Assembly: GCF_964213995.1 (NCBI RefSeq)
Contig: NC_135825.1
Location: 52,266,001-52,330,000 of the forward strand
DNA length: 64,000 nucleotides
Direction: 5' to 3'
Origin: Mustelus asterias
Taxonomy: Eukaryota
In this document: one piece after another, positions 1-12,415 of the stretch
How positions within the stretch are numbered: the first letter of the stretch is position 1
Layout of the letters: every line of letters starts with the position of its first letter
Translations under genes and position numbers: made by a program
The notes under the pieces: model-generated
What the model was told of the DNA's origin: nothing
Seen by the model: only the letters and a program-made list of their open reading frames with translations
The model's database searches: none

Positions 1-385
1 TTTTTCTCCCCTAGCCTCAGTGGAAAAAGCCTGCTTGCATTCACTCTATCTATACCCATCAAAATCTTATACACCTCTATCAAATCTCCCCTCATTCTTC
101 TGCGCTCCAGGGAATAAAGTCCCAACCTATTCAATCTCTCTTTGTAACTCAGCTTCTCAAGTCCCGACAACATCCTTGTGAACCTTCTCTGCACACTTTC
201 AACCTTATTTACATTCTTCCTGTAACTAGGTGACCAAAACTGTACACAATACTCTAAATTCAGCCTCACCAATGCCTTATATAACCTTACCATAACACTC
301 CAACTTTTATACTCGATACTCCGATTTATAAAGGCCAATGTACCAAAGGCACTCTTTACGACCCTATCCACCTGTGACGTCACAA
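1..385 (-). mobile_element. CR1-clade LINE ORF2 C-terminal fragment
   Basis: Minus strand matches the CR1 ORF2 region KALVRxxLEYCVQFWSP seen in other copies in the window; runs off the window edge. Confidence 0.85.
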
Positions 386-594
386 TGGCCTTCCAGTTTG
401 AGAGTAGCAGCTGGCTGTAAAAGGTGAGTAAGTGAGAGGGTGTTGCAACATGGGAGGTGCCCAAATTTCCAAGAAATATAAACTAAAAATTGCAACTTGA
501 AGGTCCTGCCACTTGTGCGCAACCTAAGCTGCTCCCTCTAGCACATTCTCAATTACACTGCACACCCGCGCAGACTCGAAGAAACATTGTTGTC

Positions 595-965
595 AGCCAT
601 AGCTCAGTGGGTAATCCTCTCATCTCTGAGACGCAAGGTTGTGGGTCCAGATCCCACTGAAATGAAGTGAGCCCAGCTGAGTCCAGTCTGAAGGCGTGCT
701 GCACTGCCGCAAGTGCTGTCTTCTGGGTAAGACATTTAAACCCCCTCCCGTGAATAGAAAAGCTCCCACGGCATTATTCTGAAATAAAACTAGGGTCTCT
801 TGATCAATATTTATCCTGCATGCAATACCCAAGAATACACTTAACAGGTCATTTATGTCATCGCTCTTTGTGGGATCTGGCAATGAGCAGACATTAGGCA
901 GTCACTACAATCTAAAATGTATTTCCTGGCCAAAGTGAAGAAGTTTGGAACATCCTGAGGTTATG
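595..965 (+). mobile_element. Old tRNA-headed SINE (DeuSINE/SacSINE-like)
   Basis: A-box/B-box-like head (TAGCTCAGTGGG...GGGTCCAGATCCC). A similar body occurs at ~7350-7680 and ~35870-36080. Confidence 0.5.
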
Positions 966-1991
966 AAAAGTGTTCCAAATTCACTTCACTGCTTTTGCCT
1001 TCAGTAATTTGTAGGCCAGCATCAGAAAGTAACTATAAACACTGCCTAGCTGTTGTATCATACCATCTAAAGCATGATTATCCATAAGGTAAAGGAACTT
1101 GCTATCTGTAGCAAGCTTGGCCTACGCATCCCTCCAACCCCATATGACATGGTTGCCTCTCGATGCTCTGAGCGTAGGAACTCAATGTTATTTTAATGAA
1201 TCCTTGAGAAATACCTTTTTGACTGCACATCTGTACCCCAGTATACAATAATACTTATTCCCCCGCTCAGTGGGTACCAGCTGGACCTCACAAAGGTGCC
1301 ACCAGGCTAATTGAGAGCGTCACAGCCAAACACAGGCTGGTCATCGCCTGCTATCTCCAATCTCTGTTTGCATCAGATGTTACTGGATGTTTATTAGAAC
1401 CAGAAAGCCTGGCTGATTGTCTAGTCCATGGCAATGAGGTAAGTAGTGATGCTTTATCAAAAAAAGCTGGCATTCAGATACAGTGTCTTCACAGAGGCAT
1501 CAGAAGAACTGGATTATTAAACAAAAAAAAGGAGACATTAAGGTGGTCAAAAATTGTCAAAGATGGCATGTGTAGGGTTTAGGAAACAATTCCTTAGCAT
1601 GCACTAAATGCATGGCTAGCGATGGTGTAAATCAGAGTCTTTACAACACAGAAGAATACCATTCGACACTTTGAATCCATGCTGGCTCTCTGTAGAGCAA
1701 TCTAATCAGTCTTATCCTCCAGATTTATTACTGTAGTCTTGTAAGTTTATATCCAAATGTCCATCCAATGTGTTTTTGAAGTCATTTCAGTGTAATCTTT
1801 CCACCATCCTTGTTGGCAGAATGTTTCAGTTATTACAATTTGCTGCTTAATAAAGTTCTTCCTAACATCCCCCTGCATCTGTTACCCAAAGCTTTAAATC
1901 CATGTCGTCTTGTCCTTACACCATCAGCTAATAGGAACAGCTATTCTTCGACTGAACCTGTTATAAAATTGTACATCTCGACAAAACAGAT

Positions 1992-2285
1992 TCATAGAAT
2001 CACTGCAGTGCAGAAGGAGGCCATTTGGCCCATTGAGTCTGCACTGACAACAATTCCCGTATCCCTCTCCCTCCACCCAGCTAATTCCCCTGACACTAAG
2101 GGTCAATTTAGCATAGGCAATCAACCTAACCCACGCATCTTTGGAGTGAGAGGGGAAACCGGAGCGCCCGGAGGAAACCCACAATGACATGGGGAGAACG
2201 TGCAAACTCTGTACCGACAGTGACTCGAGGCCACAATTGAACCCAGATCCCTAGTGCTGTGAGGCAATAGTGTGCCATCATGCAC
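1992..2285 (-). mobile_element. HE1-like SINE (CR1-type tail)
   Basis: Conserved core GGTTTCCTCCGGG(T/C)GCTCCGGTTTCC and CR1-like tail GGGCC..ATGGCCTCCTTCTG. Confidence 0.85.
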
Positions 2286-3100
2286 CCCCCCCATCTTTTT
2301 CTCGTCCGTCCATTTTGCTCCAAGGAGAATAACTCCAGCTTCTCCAATCTAACTTTGTAGCTAAAATCCTTCATCCCTGGAACCATTCTGATAAATGTTC
2401 TCTACGCCATCACAAGGATCCTCCCATCCTTCCTTGTATGATTAGCAGAAACGGACACCACTTTTATTTGTGGCCTAATCAGAGCTTTGTACAAGTTCGG
2501 GATAACGCCCTTGCTTTTGTACTCAGTAGCTCTTTATGAAACCCAAGATCCCACATGCTTTGCCAACTGCTTTCTCAATGTGTCCTGTTATTTAAAGATC
2601 CATGCACAGGAACCAGCAGGTCCCTCTGTCCATGTATAGCTCTAAAGCTGTGCCATTTAGCCTATTTTACCCCTCCCTTCTATCAAAATGCACCACCTCA
2701 AACTTCTCTGTATTAAATTACATCTCCAACTGATGTGCCTATTCTGCTAGCCTTTCTACATCCTGTCACAGTTGATTAGTACAATCCTCACTGTCAGAAG
2801 CACCCTTCAAGTTCAGTACCATAGGCAAATATTGTATTGTATTCCAATATCCATTTTTATGTATGTATAACTTTGAGAAACACCAACCGCCAGTCTGAAA
2901 AACAACCATTTACCATGACTCACTGCTTTTAGTCCAGAAGCCAGTTTTTGTTTTATTCAAGCTGAAACTTGACCCTCTTCTTCCATGAACCTCTATGTTG
3001 TTAACCAGCCTTTCATGTGGTACTTTGTGGAAAACTTTATTAAAATCCATACTGATGACATCCACTGCATTTCCTTCATCAGACTTTCAGATTATCATTC

Positions 3101-3387
3101 AGGCGGCACAGTGGTTAGCACTGCTGCCTCACAGCATCAGGAACCTGGGTTCAATTCCGGCCTCGGGTCACTGCCTGTGTGGAGTTTGCACATGCTCCCC
3201 GTGTCTGCGTCGGTTTCCTCCGGGTGCTCCGGTTTCCTCCCACACTCCAAAGATGTGCGGGTTAGGCTGATTGGCCGTGCTAGTGTCAGGGGGATTAGCA
3301 GGGTTACGGTGATAGAGCCTGGATGGGATGTGGTCAGCACAGACTCGATGGGCCGAATGGCCTCCTTCTGTATTGTAGGGATTCTAT
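3101..3387 (+). mobile_element. HE1-like SINE (CR1-type tail)
   Basis: GGCACAGTGGTTAGCACTGCTGCCTCACAG tRNA-like head, conserved core, CR1-like tail. Confidence 0.9.
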
Positions 3388-3649
3388 GCCTCACCAAAGA
3401 ATTCAATTAGATGAGTCGGGGGGGGGGGGGCTGTCCGCTTCCCAAGAGGCCAGAGGAAAGGAGAGTTTGAGGGAAGGCTTTTGGGCGTAGAAGGCCACAG
3501 AGATAGGGAGGCCATGAAACAGGAGGTTGAGGATTTTAAAATGGTGCTTTGGGGAAAGGAGGAGAAACAGGAGCTGCGAGGATTAGGGTGATTAGTGAGT
3601 GGGACTTGATGTGACAGAAGATATGGAGAGTAGAGTTTTGAATGATTGA

Positions 3650-4010
3650 TTAAAAGTATTGCTGGTGTTGGAAATCTGAAATGAAACGGAAATGCTCATC
3701 AAATCGGACAGCATCTATGGAGAGAGGAAGCAAGTTTATGTCCCAGGGTTCATGTTCCAGGTTAATCTTTTTTGTCAGAACTGGAAAAAGTTGAGAGTTT
3801 TGTGTTTTAAACACGTACAGGGAAGGAGGGAAAAACAGGAAAGGCTCTGGAAAGCAGGAGAGATTGAATGGCGAAACGGGTGTTGATGTGAAGTGAAAGG
3901 TGGTGGTAATGGACAAGTGAAGACAAAAGATGGGTCTGGAGGAGGGACTAACACCACATTGGGGAGGGGGGTGGAGAGGAATTGTCCCTACTGAAGAGGA
4001 TGGAAACATT
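3650..4010 (-). mobile_element. Penelope-like pseudo-LTR fragment with degenerate hammerhead
   Basis: Minus strand reads CAGTTCTGACAA...GGAAC followed by the tail shared with the 32160-32280 and 8975-9115 copies. Confidence 0.5.
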
Positions 4011-4154
4011 ACAGGGGAACATTAAACTTGCAAGTTAAGTTTACCACGTAAATGCAGGGTAGTACATTTCAGTAGGCAGAAGAGGGAGGTTACTTGTTAC
4101 TTGGTAAGCTGAAGTTTAAATGGGGTAGATGAGCAAAGAAGTTTTGGAGTACAA

Positions 4155-6555
4155 TTTTTTATTTCAAAAATATACTTTATTCATAAATACTCTGAAATAA
4201 ACCATTGCAGAAACATTTCCAATAATTGTAAACAGAGCAAAATAATCAGTCATAATTACAATACGGTGCTCAGTTCCAAGACATTGCATTCATTACAGTT
4301 CAGTTCTTCAATAAACTATATACATTCATCACATTTCACTGTGTGCTGTTTTTACAGAGTTGCACACAGTTATGCAGCTGAGGGTTTTTTTTACAGTTAC
4401 TGGGCCCTTGCTCTGCCTTGGTTGAAAGGCTTCAAAAGGTGGCGCTGAGAGGCAGCAGTGGCCTTTCCCCATTGTGCCTTTGCAGTGGCTGCCCCGAGCT
4501 GGAGAGTGTCCCTCAGCACGTAGTTCTGGACCTTGGAATGTGCCAGTCGGCAACACTCGGTCGAGGACAAATCTTTGCACTGGAAGATCAGCAAGTTTCG
4601 GGCGGACCAAAGAGCATTCTTCACTGAGTTGATGACCCTCCAGCAGCAGTTGATATTTGTCTCGGTGTGCGTCCCTGGAAACAGCCCGTAGAGCACAGAG
4701 TCCTGCATCACCGAGCTGCTCAGGATGAACCTCGACAAATACCACTGCATCTCACTCCAGACCTTCTTTGCAAAGGCACATTCCACAAGGAGGTGTGCGA
4801 CCGTCTCATCACCCCCGCAGCCGCTTCGAGGGCAGTGTGCAATGGTGTTGAGACCTCGAGCGTGCATGAAGGATCTGATGGGAAGTGCCCTTCTCACCAC
4901 CAGCCAAGCCAGGTCTTGGTGCTTGTTTGAAAGTTCTGGTGATGAGGCATTCTGACAGATGATACTGACAGTCTGCTCAGGGAACCATCTGACAGGATCC
5001 ACCATCTCCTTTTCCCTCAGGCCCTCGATGACATTACGCACTGACCACTGCTTGATCGCCATGTGGTCAAAGGTGTGTTTCTGGAAACATTTCTCCACGA
5101 AGGACAGGTGCTGCGGTACGGTCCAACTACTTGGAGCGTTCCACGACAGGGAGGCCAGACCCGTCCTCCGCAACACTTGGGACAGGTAGAACCTCAAAAA
5201 GTAGTGGCACTTGGTGTTAGCGTACCGAGGATCTACACACAGCTTGATGCAGCCGCACACAAAGGTGGTATTGGGAACATTTTTCCTTCCATCCTCTATA
5301 GATTTATGCTTTGCTTCCCTCCAGACACGGTCCATCTTAGATCTCCAGATAAATTTGAAGTTGGCCTGGGTGACTGCCGCTGCGCAGGATTTGGAAATTG
5401 GCCAGACCTGCGCCACATACAATAAAACAGAGAGTACCTCACACCGGATGACCAAGTTTTTGAAAGTGATAGAGAGGGAGCATTGCTCCCACAAGCCCAA
5501 TTTCTGCCTTTGGCGATGCGCTCTTCCCAGTTTTTGGCATACGCGCCCACTGCTCCAAAGCATATCCCCAGCACCTTAAGATAGTCTGCCCTGACGGTGA
5601 AGGGGACAAAGGATCAGTCCACCCAGTTCCCGAAGAACATGGCTTCATTCGTGCCCCGGTTGACTTTGGCTCCTGAGGCCAGCTCGAACTGCTCACAGAC
5701 TTAGAGGAGCCTGCGAACAGATGACGGATCCGAGCAGAAGGCAGCCACATCATCCATGTACAGGGAAGTTTTGATCTGCCTGGGATGGTATCCCCTTTGA
5801 TGCCTGGGTCCTTTCTGATGGACTTGGCAAAGGGTTCAATGCAACACACAAAAAGGACAGAGGGCAGCCCTGCCTGACTCCAGACCTGATCTGAAACCTA
5901 TCTGATTCCCACCCATTGAGACTGCGCTACTGATATCTGTGTAGAGCAGTTGGATCCAATTGCAGATTCCCTCCCAAAAGCCCATTTTGGAGGGCACATC
6001 CATCATGTAGCTGTGCGATATTCTGTCAAACGCCTTCTACTGGTCTAGGCTGACAGGTGTCCACCTGCCTGTCCTGCATGTAGGCAATCATATCCCTGAG
6101 TAGTGCGAGGCTATCAGAGATCTTCCTCGCAGGTACAGCACAGGTTTGATCAGGATGGATCACCGACTCCAGAGCGGACTTGACCCAGTTGGTGATGACC
6201 TTGGCTAGAATTTTGTAATCCACATTCAACAGTGAAATGGGTCTCCAATTTCTAATTTCTTCCCTTCCCCCCTTCTGCTTGTAGATGAGGGTAATGATGC
6301 CTTTCCTCATGGATTCTGACATGCTGCCTTCCAGAAGCATACTCTCCTATACTTCCAGCAGGTCCGGGCCCGTCAAGTCCCACATCGCCGAGTAAACCTC
6401 AGCCGGTAAACTGTCGCTTCCGGGAGTTTTACCTTCTGAAAGGACTCAACGGCCTTTGTCAGCTCATCCAGAGATAACGGTCTGTCCAGGCTCTCCTGCT
6501 CGCCATTGTCTATAACCTCTGTGATAGACGACAGGAAAGACTGGGAGGCAAAGGA
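4155..6555 (-). mobile_element. 5'-truncated Tx1/L1-clade LINE, disrupted ORF2 (RT + zf-RVT)
   Basis: ORF 6026-6340 has WRPISLLNVDYKILAK..IHPDQT. ORF 4397-5563 has C-terminal CPRxxC..ETVAHLLVEC. A-rich 3' end with AATAAA near 4155-4190. Multiple frameshifts. Confidence 0.92.
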
Positions 6556-6559
6556 TCGA

Positions 6560-6930
6560 CAGGCTGGCTCTCTTTTGGGAAGAGGCCTGAAGAGTGACTT
6601 GATAGAGATCTCCAAAATGATGAAATGTGGAGTGGAGCCAGAGAGAATGTTTCCCCTTGAAGGGAGGAGCATAACGAGTCCATCAGTATGAAGGAGTCAC
6701 CAAGAAATCCAATAAGGAATTCAGAAAAAACGTCTTTACCCAAAGAGTGGTGGGAATGTGGAACTCGTTACCGACCACAGGGAACGGTTGAAGCAACAAA
6801 GAAACTAACCAAAAATATGAGGGAGATGGGAATAGTGGGTTATGATGATAAATTTAGTGTGAAAAGATGGGAGGAAAGTCGAGCAGCATAGACTGCTTGG
6901 GACAAATGGTCTTTTTCTGTGCCATTGCAC
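6560..6930 (+). mobile_element. Old CR1 3' end (upstream part at ~4045-4153), host of the Tx1 insertion
   Basis: Degenerate DLIE..K..ERMFPL region and CR1 3' UTR. Confidence 0.7.
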
Positions 6931-8622
6931 CCTGTACAGTCCAATGTGAAAATACCACAGCCATTACCGGCACTGATTAGGGCTGTCTCAGAGCGGTGGA
7001 ATACTGATTGGAGAGGTTCAGCCATGGAGTGGTGATAAAGCTGGGAATGCATTTCCAAGCCACGACGCTTACAAAGACTTGGAGAAGGAACTGAGGTTGA
7101 AGATTAAGCAGCGAGGAAGCTGAACCATTCTTCCCTCTTGGTTGTAACTGTAAGTTCCAGCAGGTGGAGCACTTGTCTAAGATATTTACCTAAACATCAG
7201 CCCATCACCGCTGAGTTCCGACAGACGTGGAACTATGAAGGTAGGAGCTATAAAGCTCCAGGAGGTGGTGCAATTGTTTTATTTCCCGCACAGGCAGTTT
7301 AAGCGTGGCACCGGGTGAGTCTGTCAGTAATGTGGAACAGGTTTTCATCTCTGCTGGCCACAGAGTTGGTGACATTTTTGCCTCTGGGCCAGTTTGTGGG
7401 TTTGAGAGTCACACTCAAGGCGTGAGCAGAGACTCCGTGCTGACAGACTGACACTCCAGTGCAATGTGCTGAGCTGAGGGATTGGTGGAGGTGTTATCTT
7501 TTGGCCAAGATGTTAAAACAACCCTCCCTCTGGATGTAAAATTTCCACGACATTATTTCAAAAAAGAGTAGGGCATTTCTTCCTGGTATCCCAGCCAATC
7601 TTTATTCCTCAACCAACCCCTCAAAAATGCATTATCTGGTCATTATTTCATTGCTTTTCATGTGACCTTGTTGTGCCCAAATGTGTCCTAATTTACAAAC
7701 ATTTTGGAGCAGGATTTGTACCCACAGACAAAGATTTTTTTAGTTTAACATCTCATCAGGTAGGCAGTGCCTTTGACAGTGCAGCATCCTTCAGTACTGC
7801 GCTGGAATGTCAACTTGGATTTTGTGCTTGCATCCTGGAGTGGGCCTTGAACCCACTACCTTCTGACTCAGGCTGAGAAGGTTACAATCTGAGACACAGT
7901 AAGCAGATGTGGGCATTGCTTTGAGTTCTGTGCAGCAATGCTTGTCAACTCAACACAACACTGGTAAAGTGAGGCGACAGTGGAATGGGGAACGATGGGA
8001 ATCGCAGCATGAATCAATCATTATAACCAGTGGAGTTGGTCAGGACTGGCGTAAATATGATCTGAGTGCAGTGGAGTCAATGTCATGATGTGTGATGCTG
8101 GTGTAGAGCTTCATTCATCCGTAGTGCTGGTCCAGGATGATCCAGATCTCGGTGTGCAACTCCCGTGGATGGAGAGTTGGACAGGCTGTGAATTGGGAAT
8201 TTGCATCGGAATTTCCATCATATGTTCCCATCTCTGCAGGCACATTCAATTAAAAAATTATCCCTTCATTTCTCTGATCCGCTGTATTGATGATACCTTC
8301 AGGTATATATCAGGATATAAATACCCCTTTTCCCATCTTTAACTACTTCCATTACTCACCCACACCATGTCAAAAGAATGACACATATCCCTAACTTGGA
8401 CATGTAGTGTGCAGGGTTAACAGGATGTGCTGATGTATGACATGGATGATGCTGTACCCCTGACACTAGTCAGTCATGCGTTTGACTCTTGTGAGAGAGG
8501 TTGTCATCATGTCCAAGAGTGACACGCCTACTCTGTAACCTTTAGCACAGAGTAGCATTAATAAACAGGTGTTCAGCAGATACCAGTGTGTGTCTACAGT
8601 TTAAGAATAAAGTTTCACGCCT

Positions 8623-8751
8623 AGGGTGGGATTTTCCTGTCCCGCCCACCACAGGAATCGTAGCGGCCGGGACACGGACCATGCAAAGGCCCATTGACCT
8701 CGGGCGGGATTTTCCAGCCCTGGGGAGAGCACGGCCGGAAAATCCCGTCCC
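8623..8751. mobile_element. MITE with GGG(C/T)GGGATTTTCC TIRs (Harbinger-type), nested in the left LTR
   Basis: TIRs GGGTGGGATTTTCC / GGAAAATCCCGTCCC. Related copies at ~30728-30855, ~44293-44410 and ~46643-46770. Confidence 0.7.
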
Positions 8752-8974
8752 TGGAGTCCAAGACAGAAGGACCCCTGCCCTCCCCCCCCCGCCCTCCCCT
8801 CACCTCCCCCATCTCAGAGCATGGAGACAGCTGTGGAGATATTCATGTTAATGGAGACATTGGTATAATGGAAGGAGCTATAGAGTTAAGAATCCTTTGA
8901 AAGTAGCTTGAGGCATTTTGATGGAAAAGGAGGTACACTGGAGAGAGGCAATGATGACTGTACCTAGTGAGCAT

Positions 8975-9115
8975 GACAGGGTCATCCAGACCTGAAACGT
9001 TGGCTCTATTCTCTCCCCCAGATGCTGTCTGACCTGCTGAGATTTTCCAGCATTTTCTGTTTCTGTGTTGTTTTTCCTTTTGATATCTAAGTTCATTGCA
9101 GTCTTAGATTTTCAA
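8975..9115 (+). mobile_element. Penelope-like pseudo-LTR fragment
   Basis: GGGTC..GACCTGAAACGTT (3' half of a hammerhead) plus the CAGATGCTG..GACCTGCTGAGATTTTCCAGCATT tail. Confidence 0.55.
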
Positions 9116-10189
9116 CACCCTTTCTGTCAAATGATACAGCTATAATAGTCTTCCCTGGAGTTAAAGGTCATTCTTCTTCACAAGCTTCTTCCACAGTACT
9201 TTGAAGAAAGCAACAAGTTCCTCAGAGTGTCCTGAGTTCTTCTCTTCTAGTCCCAGAGAGTCCAAAGATCTTCGGTCTTCTTGTTGAGTCAGTATTTTGT
9301 TGCAAAATCTTTGTTCTCCTTTCAGTTCAGTCATTCTGTAATTTACACTCTGCTCCCCAGCAACGCTGATAAAATGTTGTCCCAGTGTCCAGGGGATGAC
9401 GTCCTCCCAGCTGCAGAAGAAAGCTCTACTGTCTCCAATCCATCTTCCCTTTTGGCCGTGAATACGGAGGCAGATTGAAACCCCAGCACTGTGACTTGGG
9501 GAGGGGAAGAGTGGGATTTGGAGTTGAGTGGAGTGTAAAAAGGAAGTTACACAAATGTAACATAAATAGGTAAAGCCATAGTTTCGCATTTGAAATGTAG
9601 GATAGAGCACTTGGGGGGGAAATATACTGTGGAGGATTAACAGATGGAATGTGCTGATGTAGATGATGATGTCCCTCTGACACTAGTCAATCATGTGTTA
9701 GATTCTCTCTCTCTCTGAGAGGTTGAAATTATGTCTATTAGCTATGTTCCTACTTTGTAACCTGTTCAGGAGTATTAATAACCAAGTATAAAGTAGATAC
9801 TAAAGTATGCCGAGCGTCTTTCTAAGAATCTAACAGTCCAAGACAGAAGGATCCCATAGACAGGAAGTCCTAGACTCCACAAACCTTTCTCTCTTTCCTT
9901 CTCTAAACTCCGTCAACTACATTCTAAATTCCTGGACCTGAGGAGAATGGCAGCAACTGTTCAGTCCGCAACCGGCCAGGTAATCCCTGGCCCCACACGG
10001 CTTCCCCCTCACCTTAGCCCTTTTCTTAGTGACCTGTCTCATTCACTCTCGCCCTTGCCCTGCAGCGCTGAAAGATAAGTATTGAATGATTCTGATTTAT
10101 TTTTAGTACATTTTTCCCCGTTATGACAGGTTACTTCTATTCATAGAACTCTATAAATAGAATAACTCAGTTCTATAACTATTGCTCTG

Positions 10190-10885
10190 GCAATCCCTCG
10201 GAGTTGAGGCTGACTCGCTTTCACAGGCGACGGAGGAGTCCAGTGCGTGAGCGACAGTCTCTGTCACAGGCGGGACAGATGGTAGTTGGAGGAGTGAGTG
10301 AGTGGCGTGCCTGGGCTATCAGTGATGAAACTTGAGGTGTTCAGCTCCTTCCCGGATGCTTTTCGGGTGGTCTTGGGTCAGAGATTCTCGGGTGTTGGTG
10401 GGGATGTTGTACTTTTTCAAGGAGGCTTTGAGGATGTCATTGAAGCATTTCCTGTGCTCTCCAGAGGCTCAATTGCCACTCCGTGTGCGAGCGCTTGTTC
10501 AGGAGCCTCGTGTCAGGCATGTGGACAATGTGTCCCACCCAGCAGAATGTGGACAATGCTTCAATACCTGGGGATGTTGGCCTGAGTGATAACACTGATG
10601 TTGATGCACCTATTCTGCCAATGAATTTACAGCTTCTTGCGAAGACAGCGCAGTTGTCACTTTGCCAGAGTTTTGAGTTGTCTGTTGTACACAGTCCACA
10701 TCTCTGAGCCAGATAGGAGGGTAGGTATCACTACTGCTCCGTAAACCATGAGCTTAGTGCCAGGGCTGAGTTCCTGGTCATCAAACATTCTCTTCCTCAG
10801 GTAACCGAAGGCTGCTTTGGCACATGAAGGCTGTGTTACACCTTGTCGTCGATGCCTGTCCTTGTTGACAGTTTGCAAGGTCTGG
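10190..10885 (-). mobile_element. RTE-clade LINE 3' fragment
   Basis: ORF 10657-10938 has AFGYLRKRMF..TKLMVYGAVVIPTLLSGSEMW, typical of the RTE post-RT region. Confidence 0.85.
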
Positions 10886-10889
10886 AAAG

Positions 10890-11795
10890 GGGTCCATGTT
10901 GTCCAGGGCCTATTCAGGTTCAGACTGGGGTCAGGCAAGGCTGCATCATTGCACTGATACTCTTCTCCATCTTCCTTGCTGCAATGCTCCTCCTTGCCCT
11001 CAGCAAGCTCCCTGGCGGAGTGGAGCTAAACTAAAGAACAAATCTGTTCAACTTCAGCCACTTGCAGGCCAGATCCAAGATCATCTCATCCTCTATCATT
11101 GAGTTACAGTATGCAGACGATTCTTGCCTTTGCACACACTCAGAGTTTGAGCTCCAAACCATTGTCAACAACCTCACCGAGGTGTACAAGAGTGTGGGCC
11201 TTACACTAAACATCCGTAAGACAAAGACCCTCTACCAACCTGCCCCTGCCACACTGCACTGTCCCCCCGGTTATCAAAATCGGGGACCACTTTCCATAAC
11301 TCGTGTTCTCACTCAGGCCGACATCCCGGTATTGAAGCATTGACCACTCTCGATCAGCTCTGCTGGGCGGGACACACCGTGCACCTGCCTGACACTAGAC
11401 TCCCGAAACAAGTGCTTGACTCTGAGCTTTGACACAGCAAGCGAGCCCTCAGAGAGCAGAGGAAGCACTTAAGGGACACCCTGAAACAACACCTTCAAAA
11501 AGTGTGACATCTCCACTAATAGCTGGGAATAGCTGGCCCAAGACCACTGGAAGTGGAGGAAAGGCATCTGGGAACTCCTCGAGTTTCATCGCCGAGGACA
11601 AGCTGAAGCCAAGCATAGATGGCGAAAGGAGGGCATGCCAACCCGGGCACCCCACCCACCCTCTCCTCCAACCAGCGTCAGCCTCATGACAGAGACTGTA
11701 GGCCACGCACTGGACTCATTCAGTCACCTGAGAACTCATTTTTAGTGAGGAGCTGAGTCACCTTTGACCCTGAGGAAATGTCTCAGAAAGAAGAG
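10890..11795 (+). mobile_element. RTE-clade LINE fragment (RT to 3' end, internally deleted)
   Basis: GVRQGCIIALILFSIF and ELQYADD RT motifs, followed by an LCWAGH-like region. Confidence 0.85.
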
Positions 11796-12065
11796 TAGAC
11801 CTACCGACCAATCATTTCACCTGATTGGTTAGTGGATACAATACCATGTGATTTAGGCAATAAAAAGCGACACTAATCCAGTTGTCTCATTAAATTGTAA
11901 AAGGAGACATGAAGCTCGGACAAATCAATCATTTAATAAAGCAAATATATTATTAAAACTCAATACTGCAGAAGCTGGAGATCTGAACTAAAAGCAAAAA
12001 GTGCTGGAAAACCCAACTGGTCTGGCAGCATCCGTGGAGAGAGAAACGGAGTAAAACTTTGATGT

Positions 12066-12415
12066 CATAGAGTCCGTACAGTGCTTAAGGAGGCCATTCG
12101 GCCCATCGACTCTCTGAGGGAGTAAGTTACCCAGGCCCTCTCCCTTGCCCTATCCCCATAACCCCACACATTTCCCACGGCTAATGCACCTAAACTACAC
12201 ATCCTGGGTCTAAGGGACAATTTAGCAAGGTCAATCCACCCAACCCGCACATCTTTGGACTGTGGGAGGAAACCGGAGCACCCGGAGGAAATCCACGCAA
12301 ACACGGGGAGAATGTGCAAACTCCGCACAGGCAGTGACCCGAGGACGGAATTGAACCCGGGGGTCCCTGGAGCTGTGAAGCAGCAATGTTAATCATTGTG
12401 CCAATGTGCCGCCCC
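12066..12415 (-). mobile_element. HE1-like SINE inserted in a Penelope-like pLTR fragment (~11960-12440)
   Basis: SINE head, core and tail on the minus strand; flanks resemble the pLTR family at 32160-32280. Confidence 0.85.

Larger units (their letters stand above)
1640..3415 (-). mobile_element. Degenerate CR1 LINE 3' portion interrupted by two SINEs
   Basis: Eroded CR1 RT and 3' UTR sequence on the minus strand, split by SINEs at ~1992-2285 and ~3101-3387. Confidence 0.7.
8403..9862 (+). mobile_element. Small internally deleted LTR element with two diverged LTRs (8403-8821, 9623-9862)
   Basis: Diverged direct repeats share CTGACACTAGTCA and AGTCCAAGACAGAAGGA. PBS-like TGGAGACAG follows the left LTR; PPT GGGGGGGAAA immediately precedes the right LTR. 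Confidence 0.7.

Noticed and set aside
3104-3175. tRNA-like heads as tRNA genes
   Set aside because: They are SINE heads with no complete cloverleaf and run directly into the SINE body.
8250-8310. LIRCIDDTF resembling the Penelope RT motif RYIDD
   Set aside because: Too short and unsupported by flanking motifs.
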